A DNA stretch of 64,000 nt from an uncultured archaeon (GTDB lineage: Archaea; Thermoproteota; Bathyarchaeia; Bathyarchaeales; Bathycorpusculaceae), in assembly GCA_963782915.1 (NCBI GenBank), contig CAWALK010000011.1, positions 96,001 through 160,000 on the forward strand. The letters are read 5' to 3'. Below, piece by piece: positions 55,186 to 64,000 of this stretch (within the stretch, counting starts at the first letter, position 1; each line of letters begins with the position of its first letter). Under the pieces are notes generated by a model, which was not told the DNA's origin, did not search any database, and saw only the letters and a list, made by a program, of their open reading frames with translations. Position numbers and translations under genes: made by a program.

Positions 55186-55866
55186 ATGCAATGTGAAGAT
55201 AAGCTGGGTGAGGCACGGTTCTTTCTTCGAAAACTTGAGTTCACACCACAAGACGCGGGGCACGATACAGAGTTCATGTACTTACTTAGTGCCTTTCTAA
55301 GTTCATGGCGAAGCGTCACTGACGTTATGCTTTATGACTTTGCTGATAAATTTCACCTCGGTTTTTCAAGAGATGAGCCAATTACAGACCATGATTTGGA
55401 AATTGCCGCCAGAGCGGCCAGCAATGCCCAAGCGTCTCAGTTCGTAGTTTGGTTTAAACAACAATTGGGCACCTTAGGCAATAACCCACTTTCTAGGAAA
55501 AGAAACATCATTGTACATAGGGGGTACCCTGAGATGATGCATGTGCATTCCGTTTATGTAGCTGATTCTATGGCTTTGTCGAGTTCTTTTTACTTGAGTA
55601 ATCCCCAAATCAATGCGCCGGTAACAATGGCGCAAGGGGCTGAAGCAGGAACAGGTGGAGGAGCTATACCCACTGCCGCCGCAGTACCGGGAACTGGTGA
55701 GCCCTTAACTACACCGCAACCAACAACTGCTCAGACAACAACCGTCACCCGAACGGAGTTACGCTTCCAAGATCGCCAGGATATGAGCGCTGTAGCTTAT
55801 TGCCAACAAGCATTCACACAAATGGAAACAGTTGTAAATTCAGCTTTGGCGCAGTTTGGCAGATAG
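55186..55866 (+). CDS. HEPN-like protein
   Basis: KLGEARFFL, LSAFLSSWRSV, RNIIVH (R-x4-H). Confidence 0.6.
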   Translation: MQCEDKLGEARFFLRKLEFTPQDAGHDTEFMYLLSAFLSSWRSVTDVMLYDFADKFHLGFSRDEPITDHDLEIAARAASNAQASQFVVWFKQQLGTLGNNPLSRKRNIIVHRGYPEMMHVHSVYVADSMALSSSFYLSNPQINAPVTMAQGAEAGTGGGAIPTAAAVPGTGEPLTTPQPTTAQTTTVTRTELRFQDRQDMSAVAYCQQAFTQMETVVNSALAQFGR

Positions 55867-55885
55867 AATATTAATTCTAAAAGGT

Positions 55886-56617
55886 TTAGAGCTTTTGATT
55901 TAGTCTTTCGTAGTCTTCTGGCTCTATTGCATGTTTCTTTCTTAGATAATTGAGGTATTGACTGAACTCATCATGCTTTGTGTAAATTACATAGTTATGT
56001 TCATCCACAAGTTTAGGTAATGTTTCGTAACCGCACGAGCCTCGAATAAATGCGCAAGCATTTTCAAAGTTCAATTTTCTGTCATCTATGCAAACAGCTA
56101 AAGCCTCTCGTAACTCTGTCTGCATCAATGGCAAAAACTCGGAAGCGTATATTACCCCAAACTTTTTTTGCTCATTTCCCAAGATTCCTGCCCTTATTCT
56201 CATATCCCACATCACTATTAAGTGAGGGAGAATCGTATGAAGGATTTTGGAGCAGTCAGTCGATTCGTAGGCTTCTTCTGAGCTGGGCGCAAGCTTATCG
56301 AAGATATTGCCGATGTCTTCTCTAAGAGCCGTATCAAGGTTTACACTTTCAAGTTTCAAACCTTTCACCTTGATTAAAACTGGGAGAATTTCTTGGTATA
56401 CACTGAATACCTTCATCGAGTTCTTCATTCTAAAATGCATATCCCATTTTGGGATAAAGCGTAGTAGTTTCTCTATCTCGAAGAGGTCAACTGATTCGGG
56501 CCATTTGGTCCAATCCTTCACCTCCTTCATATAGATGTCGTAATGCTTCGCCCTAGATTCTAAAGCCCAGAATGCTTTGTGTGTGACAAAGAGGTCCCTG
56601 TAATGCAAGTGTTTCAA
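55886..56617 (-). CDS. Hypothetical protein, possible helix-hairpin-helix glycosylase-like
   Basis: TDCSKILHTILPHLIVMWDMRIR and KLVDE motifs. Confidence 0.5.
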   Translation of the reverse strand: MKHLHYRDLFVTHKAFWALESRAKHYDIYMKEVKDWTKWPESVDLFEIEKLLRFIPKWDMHFRMKNSMKVFSVYQEILPVLIKVKGLKLESVNLDTALREDIGNIFDKLAPSSEEAYESTDCSKILHTILPHLIVMWDMRIRAGILGNEQKKFGVIYASEFLPLMQTELREALAVCIDDRKLNFENACAFIRGSCGYETLPKLVDEHNYVIYTKHDEFSQYLNYLRKKHAIEPEDYERLNQKL

Positions 56618-56867
56618 CCCAGATAGAATCTTTTTGGGCAGTTTATGTATTAATAATTTGCTTGTTCACTCTTTTGAGGACAAGAATTGGTAGTTTGGAT
56701 TAATGGCCCTTTTTATCGGTAACCCGCATTTAGTAGCGATTTTTAGTAAAATATGTCTGCTGGTTTTTTCGAGTTTCATTCACTTGCTTGTTTTTTCCCT
56801 TTTTATTTTACAAGTATGGTTGCATATGAGACGAATGTTTTAAAAATCAAGCAAGCATAGTAGAAGC

Positions 56868-58334
56868 ATGTCCTATTATGTCTCCTTCCCAAAACTAAAG
56901 GAAAAGGAAGCACTAATACAGATCGTTCCCTTGGGTCCATTGAACCACATTGTCCCTAACTTGACTTTGTTAACTATTGATCTAGTTTGGGTAAAATTTC
57001 TATTTGCATTTCTTCTGCATAACAACATAAACCTCGAGGATTCCAAACAAGTTAGCGAAGCAATTATGAATCCAAAAAAGGGGGCGTACAACAGAGTTTT
57101 AACTTGGTCATACGAATACGCCATGACTAACTCCGATCCTCCAGCTGGAATTCTGATTGCTACTCGATGGAATTACGGCGGTAAGGCGAGAGAGAAAGGA
57201 AGAGACTTTTTTGACCTAAAAAAATTTGGCCGATATGTTAAAGACATTCTGGATTCGGATGATCCAAGCACTTTTCTAGCCGAGGCAAAAAAGTTCTCCA
57301 AAGGCGATCTATCTGCTGTCTCCAAAAAATTTCTCTTACAAGAAGAAAAACTTAGAAACAATGTAATAGGAATTAACTTAAGTGATTTCCCAACTACACT
57401 CTTCCTGCAACGCGTTTTTGAACAATTGAAACCAGAACATTTTACAACCCATAGAGAAGACTTCCTTTCGCTATTTATAATCACTTTTCTTGAACAATTT
57501 AAGGAAACAACAGAATTGCAGAACAGTGATGTAATAAATGATCACCCAATATTTCACTACACAGCTTTTATAAAGAAAGAATTAGGGATTACAATAAAAA
57601 AAGACCTTGTGGACAAAAGCAATAAATCGACTGCAGATTTGGAAAAGATCTTCCCTGATCCAAAGCAGATAAAACCCTATCTTTCCGAACAAGGCTTTGA
57701 TGCATTCTTAATTTTAGCATTGATTAGGCGAAATGCACCAACGCATTTCCATTCCTTTCTCATATTAACTTTTTTAAAAAGAAGGCAAATTAGCTTTCGA
57801 AGTAACTACCTGGCTCTAGGTCAGACTATATTCTCAGAGGAATTTTACCTTCATCTTAAAAGTCTTGAAAAGTCGCTATCTAAATTTGGCAATGATTTTG
57901 CACAGCTTACCGTTGATCCAAAATTACTGAAGTTCTTAGCTGTTTGGTGGGAGTACTATCAGTTCACACTTATAGGGGAGACTATAACTAAGAACATAAA
58001 ACGGTACCTGTTAGAAGATTTTACAAAGAACCAAATTAAGTCGAAAATACCAAGCGAGCAGTTGAATATAATAAAAGAATTTTTGAAAGACTACAGTAGC
58101 TCTTCAATCAATTATATTCAGGCACTAGAAACTGATGAAAATAGTACTGAAATTCTTTCACAACTCGAAGAAATGGAGCCACTTAGGAGCATTGATCGCA
58201 TTTTTGAGTATCTGTTCGATGAAGCAATAAAGTCAACTTCAAAGGATTTCCCAGGCAATCCTTTCTTTCCTAGCTTCGATTCATTCGAAAGGTGGGTAGA
58301 TGAACTTTCAGAAGTATTGGCATTATTAGACTAG
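56868..58334 (+). CDS. Hypothetical helical protein, 488 aa
   Basis: Long low-GC ORF, 10 bp upstream of the PLD gene. Confidence 0.7.
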   Translation: MSYYVSFPKLKEKEALIQIVPLGPLNHIVPNLTLLTIDLVWVKFLFAFLLHNNINLEDSKQVSEAIMNPKKGAYNRVLTWSYEYAMTNSDPPAGILIATRWNYGGKAREKGRDFFDLKKFGRYVKDILDSDDPSTFLAEAKKFSKGDLSAVSKKFLLQEEKLRNNVIGINLSDFPTTLFLQRVFEQLKPEHFTTHREDFLSLFIITFLEQFKETTELQNSDVINDHPIFHYTAFIKKELGITIKKDLVDKSNKSTADLEKIFPDPKQIKPYLSEQGFDAFLILALIRRNAPTHFHSFLILTFLKRRQISFRSNYLALGQTIFSEEFYLHLKSLEKSLSKFGNDFAQLTVDPKLLKFLAVWWEYYQFTLIGETITKNIKRYLLEDFTKNQIKSKIPSEQLNIIKEFLKDYSSSSINYIQALETDENSTEILSQLEEMEPLRSIDRIFEYLFDEAIKSTSKDFPGNPFFPSFDSFERWVDELSEVLALLD

Positions 58335-58344
58335 TTACGGTCAG

Positions 58345-61300
58345 TTGCAAATGGAAGAAGTAAATGCTTTAGATAAGACATTTGAAATCGCCGAAGAATC
58401 CGATGGCGCTGTAATCTTAGCCTATTCCCTAAGCTCCTTTCCGCTTCAAGGAATAATCTCAAAGCTAAAACACCCCAAAAAAATTAGAATTATCTATTCC
58501 GCAAAAACTGATGCTAATAGAGCCATTTTACAGTTTAAGGGCTTAATAGAAGCCAGCAAACCCATAGAAACAACTAATCTAAAAGAGCGTTTTGTAACTT
58601 CTCACGCTAAACTTTACGTTTTCTTCAAGAAAGAGAAAGAAAACACGCATGTAGTAGCTATAATTGGCTCCTTTAATCTTACAATGCAAACACTTGATGG
58701 GATTGAAATTTTTGGTTTGTATAAGTTCCAAATCAAAAACAGCTTCCTTGCAGATCAAGGTATCAACGATTTTGTCGATCTCTTTGCTTTCCAAACCGAC
58801 CAACCGATTCAACTAGAGAAATTGAAATACGTAATCTTTGGACCAGATTCTGCGATTGGCTATGAAATACTTGTATTATTACTGCAACTTTGGTTTGGGA
58901 ACAAACTGAATATTCCACCTAGCTCGTCAATACATAATCTAAATTATTTTGAATCTGATGACAAGAGAACTTTTGTGAGCACACATGGAAACAATAATCT
59001 TTTGTATCAATTGAGAGAGATGCTAACATCCGCTTTTATTTGCGCCAGTGAGACAGGCCAAAATGTAGAGTTAAAGGTACTTAGCCCTTTTCATAACGAA
59101 AAGTCGATTGAGACCCTTTTATGCCTAAAAGAAGAAATTTCGTCTCATTTAGGTTTACGAAACCTGAATTTTACTTTAAAATTGCTGACGAATAACTATA
59201 CCGTTTGTGGAGATATTTCTAAATCTTCTTTTTCAAACCCCAAATATTTAAAGAATCTAACTTTGAAAGAAGGTAATGATTTTAGGGTTAAATTTTGGGG
59301 TTATACGCCTGGAAATGAGGACTTCATACACGCAAAACTGTTTATAGTGCAAGTCGGCGATCGGCAGGTAACACTTTTAACGTCAGCAAATCTAACTCTT
59401 CCAGGTCTTGGTTTGGGAGACCAAAAGAACCTTGAAGTCGGGGTAATTGAAAATGACCATTTGCATGCTCAACTGCTCAGTTCTTGGTTCGACTCTTATT
59501 GGGATTTAGAAATTGAACCCAAGGATAGCAAATTCTGGATTGAAATGCAAAACTGGTATGAAAGGCTAAAAGAAGACAATGCGGTCGACGAATTTGAAGT
59601 TGAGGGATTAGTTGACAATATTCTTGTTTACCACAGGCAATTCATTAAAGTGAGAGATAAAAAAGTAAGGGACATAGAACTTCTAAAATTAAGCCTAAGC
59701 TTTTCAAAAAAAGAGTCCCCTATTAACAATATAGAAAAAGTGTTAGAGAAAAACGCAGACCATTTCTGCACCGATTTTTTGCTTGAAGAAGAGCATTTGG
59801 GATTAGCCTTTTGTGACATAATAGGCAAATTAAAAGACGGAACCTATATTGTAGTTTTGCAAAAGAGAGTTAAAGTTGTTAAGAAGTTTCCGAGTTTTCG
59901 CATTCAGATTAATCATGCAATCGATGTTCCCAAGGAATTACTGAATGGTACAATACCAATCAAAGTAGAAATAGAAACTGGAAAAGATGTTGTAAAGGTA
60001 GACCTAACAAAAATGTCCTTTAGACTACAGTCAGCAGGCAACAATATTGGTCCACAAATTCTTTTCTTAAAAGAGAAACTGGAAATTAATCGTTTACTTG
60101 AATTCTTGATATGGGTAGAACCGTTTGAAACTAGTGATGAAGTTAGTCTTGTTTTACTCTATGACGATTTAAAGATAACCTCTTGTATTGTTTCGCAATC
60201 CATTTTGCAAAAAACATTTGCAAAGAGTCCCGGTGAAAATATACTAACTTTCTTAAGAAACAGGTCTTTGCTCTTGCTAACAGATAAACGAACATTATGC
60301 CCTAAAGTTCAGACGGAGCTTAAGTTAGTATGTTGCAAAGACCTTGCAGAACTACTTCAAATAGATAAGATAGAGGTCATTAGAGATTTTGTTTTTTCAG
60401 ATCTAATTGGAATGAAAAAAAATACCCGTCAAATGACTGGTGAGCTTAATCTAAAGAAAGAAATTTTGTTAGATAACAATGTAAAGCCATCTCCGCCAAT
60501 CGATGTTAAAGCTTGGGTCTATGGGATGCACAGGGGAAGGGAGGTCATTAGGGTACCTTTTGGTACAATTGAATACCGACTTCTAAAAAATCCGCCAGAA
60601 CTAAAAATAGAGCATTATCCCCCAATTACGTCAAATATAGCTCCAATAGAGATATGGTTTGATTTCATCAATTCAAGCGCCATAAAAGACAATTTAGTGC
60701 TCAATTTGCAACTGGGAAAGTGGCAAAAAGAGGTCACTTTAGAGACTAATTCTATCATTATCGAACTACCTATAACAGTGATTTCCATGACCTTAAAGAA
60801 GGATTAAACCTTGACTATCGTTTTATTTTCAAGTATAATGTAGCTGACCTGGTTGAACATGATCATATCGATTATAGCCTATTTATTTCCACTCCACACA
60901 TATCGAGAGTGGATAAAACAAAAATGCTCATTTTTGATCTGAAAAACCCGCAAGAATTAATCGATTGCGCGGGCAAAGGCATTCCTAATAACTTTAGGCC
61001 TTCAATTACCATATATCCTTGCGCAAGCCCCTATAGAAGTTTCTTGCTTAGAATTAACAACAAAACCCTTGAACAATCGCAGGAGTTTTTAAGTGCTGTC
61101 AACGCAGAAACATTTTCTTTGGATAAGTTCGAAAAGGGTGTTATTGACCAACTAAAAAAAGATAACGTAGCTAATTTTGAAGTGCACGTTTCAACAGCTG
61201 ACTCGAACTTACTGAGTATACCATTTAGCGCCTTTTACTTAGAAGGGATAGAAACGGCCTCGGTAACAATGCGAGAAGGTGGATACGGTAAATCAATAAC

Positions 61301-61652
61301 AGTTTATCATCCTGAATCTTTTTCTTGGCAGTTCAGGGCTGAGATATCAAAGATTTCTCGAATTGCTTATTCTGAACATTTGATAAGATCTCATATAGAC
61401 GCAATAAAAAATGGCCTTTTTTCTTGGATAATTGCTCCACAAGAAGAAGAGTGTGTTATTTCAAACATCGAGAATTTTTGCGCTCTAGTAAAATCAGATG
61501 ACTTTTCGGTCAACTTTCTTCCTAGAAAGCCACTTTTTTGGTGGGAAGAAAATAGCATTTCTTGTCGACGAGTAATAGATTTTATAATAATTAACCGAAC
61601 AAGTAATCATGACCTTAAGATTAAAATCAATAGCTTAAGAAAGCTATCATAA
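58345..61652 (+). CDS. Large protein with two PLD/Nuc-type HxK domains (probable frameshift ~60790)
   Basis: SHAKLYVF...IIGSFNLT and IHAKLFIV...LTSANLT...NLEVG; 60909..61652 likely continues it. Confidence 0.75.
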
Positions 61653-61660
61653 TAACTTGA

Positions 61661-61810
61661 GCGACTAAGATAAGCGTTAGCTACCGTTGTAAAGTATGTT
61701 GCAGAGAAGTCACCGTCGATGAGTATATGGATCATGATGGCATGTGCTGGGAATGCTGGGACTACCAATTGACTGAGGAATCCGACAGCATGTTTGGCGA
61801 CCTAATGTAG
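61661..61810 (+). CDS. Acidic CxxC..CxxC microprotein (start unclear)
   Basis: YRCKVCCREVTVDEYMDHDGMCWECWDYQLTEESDSMFGDLM*. Confidence 0.45.
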   Translation, partial: ATKISVSYRCKVCCREVTVDEYMDHDGMCWECWDYQLTEESDSMFGDLM

Positions 61811-61821
61811 GAGGCATATGC

Positions 61822-61968
61822 TTGTGGCCTTGTCGGTATTGTGGAAATGAAAACGATGAATCTTCAACTATTTGCGAGAAATGCGGTTCCTGGAGAGATG
61901 ATGATATAGGTGATTCAGGCGATAACAGGGATTCGGAAGATTTATTTTTTGATGATGAAGGGATCTGA
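61822..61968 (+). CDS. RanBP2-type zinc-finger microprotein, 48 aa
   Basis: MWPCRYCGNENDESSTICEKCG fits W-x-C-x2-C-x3-N-x6-C-x2-C; GGAGG 7 nt before TTG. Confidence 0.65.
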   Translation: MWPCRYCGNENDESSTICEKCGSWRDDDIGDSGDNRDSEDLFFDDEGI

Positions 61969-62032
61969 TCGATAATTGGTCATGCAGTTTGGCTATAAAG
62001 CTTATAATTAAACTCTGATATCTATACAAAGC

Positions 62033-63064
62033 ATGAAATCAGCTATCTTCATGAATGGTAAAAAGTTCGATGAATCAAATTTTGGCTCAGAAGAGACCTT
62101 CGAGAAGATAGTTAAGCAAAACTTCAAAACACTTTTTGGAGCTAAAACAGTCTATTTTGATATAAAAAGCAAGATAGACTCTAGAGCTTTGGGATCTGCT
62201 ATTCCTGATGCCTTTTTGTTTGATTTTAGGGATGAAGAGAATCCGGATTTCTACTTAGTAGAAGTTGAATTAGAGGAACATGATTTCTATAGACACATAT
62301 TTCCTCAGATAACCAAGTTCTTTGCATTCTTTAACAACTCCGCTAGTAGGAACCAACTTGTTGAGAGATTGTTTATTTATGTAAAATCTAACCAATTGCT
62401 TGAACAAGAATTCAAGAAATACCTTGGAAATCGAGAGATATACAAAGCGCTTAAAGATATAATTGAAAATAGTCAAAATATCTTACTTGTAATAGATGAT
62501 ATTAAACCTGAGATGCAGGAAGTCTTCGAGACTTATACTGATACATGGAAAAAAATGGTCAAGATTGAAGTTCTGAAAGAGTATACTGCTGAAGGAAAGA
62601 CAATTTTCACGATGAATCCCGATTTTGACGAGATCAATTTGCCAGAACCCCCTGATGGAGGAAACTCTGGAGGATCTGAAGAATCGTCGACTAAACCTGA
62701 ATGGACGGAAATCAAACATCTTGAGGGTGTAAATGACAATATTGTTAGCGTTTATAAAAAAATCAAGGCAGCGATGATAGAGACTGACCCAAAAATTATC
62801 GTTAATCCAACAGCTTCATACATATCTCTAAAATCAAATCGCAATTTTGCATATATACGGTTTAGTAAGGCAAAAATGCATATCGTAATTATGCTTCCAT
62901 TTGAAAAAGGAAAAGAACTGATCAATAATCATAAAGTGAAGATCCTATCAGAGCGAGAACAAAGATTCTGGAATGGACCATGTTTTCAAGTAACTCTAAA
63001 CGATGAATCAACTATAGAAGAAATTGTCAACACTCTGGACCAAGCGTACAATCAGCACGTCTGA
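62033..63064 (+). CDS. PD-(D/E)xK-like domain plus DUF5655-like domain protein
   Basis: IPDAFLFD...YLVEVEL...HIFPQITKF; C-terminal YISLKSNRNFAYI. Confidence 0.7.
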   Translation: MKSAIFMNGKKFDESNFGSEETFEKIVKQNFKTLFGAKTVYFDIKSKIDSRALGSAIPDAFLFDFRDEENPDFYLVEVELEEHDFYRHIFPQITKFFAFFNNSASRNQLVERLFIYVKSNQLLEQEFKKYLGNREIYKALKDIIENSQNILLVIDDIKPEMQEVFETYTDTWKKMVKIEVLKEYTAEGKTIFTMNPDFDEINLPEPPDGGNSGGSEESSTKPEWTEIKHLEGVNDNIVSVYKKIKAAMIETDPKIIVNPTASYISLKSNRNFAYIRFSKAKMHIVIMLPFEKGKELINNHKVKILSEREQRFWNGPCFQVTLNDESTIEEIVNTLDQAYNQHV

Positions 63065-63076
63065 ATGTTTTCATCA

Positions 63077-64000
63077 TTAGTCGCATAGGCATTGGTAGTC
63101 GCAGTAGTTGCATTCCCAGCTTCCCTTCTTAGGCTCAAATGATGCAGCCTTAATCTTAGCAGCCATCTCGGCGATTTCTGCTTGCATAGTCTCTATGGCT
63201 TTTTGTTCGGGTTCAAAGAACACTTTCTCATTAGACCGCAAAAACCAGTCCCCAACCTTCAATTTACCACTATCACCATACATTCCTCTAACTGCAAGCG
63301 CATAAACCAGCAGCTGCATGTCTTTTTTAAGCTCATTTAGTGAGGGTGCCTTTTTGCTTGTCTTGTAGTCCACCACAGTATAGTCGGATCCGTCTTTGTC
63401 GATGCGGTCGATTCGTCCTCGCAGTTTTACTTCGCCTATAGAGGTCTCAAACCATCGTTCAATATCAAGTATCTCTGTTTTGCTCTTAGCTTGCTCATCG
63501 AGAAAACCTTTAAGGATAGCCTTGGCTTCGTCGTAATCTCTTTTTTCATCAATCTTTGACTTGTAGCCTTTCGGATCCCAAAACTTTGCCAGAAGGTCAA
63601 AGGCAACGGTTTCATCAGTTGTTTTTCCATCCTTCTGCATCCTGGTTAGTTGTTCTGCAATGCTGTGTAGTGAGGATCCGAAGTCAAAGTAGTATCTTGG
63701 TTTCTCTGGAATCTTCATGACATGACGGAATTGGTAGAGTCGGGGGCATTTTTTGTAGCCGACAAATTGTGACACGCTAAAAACGTGGTTCTCAGGAACT
63801 GTAACTGGTGCTTCTTCTAGTCTTATTTAGGAGAGTAGTCGGGTTCTTTTATTTTGCCAATTAATTCTGCTTTGATATCTAAGGTTTTGTTTGTTGATTT
63901 AGCGAATAAAAGCACGTTTTCTATGGCGTCGCTGAATTTTCCGGTTGTTAGGTTTGATATTATTTGTTTCATAAGTTGAGTTTGTATTTGGTCCTCTTTT
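63077..64000 (-). CDS. RecB/Cas4-like PD-(D/E)xK nuclease with Cys cluster; likely C-terminus of a longer protein running off the window
   Basis: FSVSQFVGYKKCPRLY, FGSSLH, LRGRIDRID, VVDYKT, QLLVYALA, CNYCDYQCLC. Confidence 0.85.

Noticed and set aside
63077-63775. Cas4 / CRISPR system
   Set aside because: No repeat-spacer array or other cas genes in the window; the ORF continues upstream as part of a larger RecB-type protein

Overview
Archaeal genomic window, probably Bathyarchaeia/TACK-like (inferred from gene content). It carries many 1-nt frameshifts, even in housekeeping genes, consistent with unpolished long-read assembly. Left to right: (1) the conserved rpp21-yhbY-rps19e-PDCD5-rpl39e-rpl31e-eIF6-rpl18a-pfdA-ftsY superoperon, split by a kaiB-kaiB-kaiC-kaiB-kaiB-PAS histidine kinase cassette; (2) dTDP-rhamnose, flippase and UDP-sugar genes, two DUF3131-like secreted proteins and a poly-T/poly-A artefact at 18.1-19 kb; (3) a PIN/AbrB/RHH toxin-antitoxin cluster; (4) a ~15.7 kb head-tail particle gene set (34.9-50.7 kb) with an inverted terS-terL, protease, decoration protein, HK97-type capsid, portal, neck and tail proteins, a -1 frameshifting tail chaperone, a very short tape measure, hub, holin-like gene and an ABC-ATPase/GNAT fusion, but no integrase or replication genes in view; (5) a defence island (AAA-DUF4143, AbiE with operators, HEPN, HhH-like, PLD pair, zinc-finger microproteins, PD-(D/E)xK nucleases). 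The best novelty candidate is the head-tail cluster as a possible archaeal gene-transfer-agent-like element. A 25-codon terS/terL deletion scar inside it suggests the packaging module was lost at its native site and is supplied by an inverted copy.
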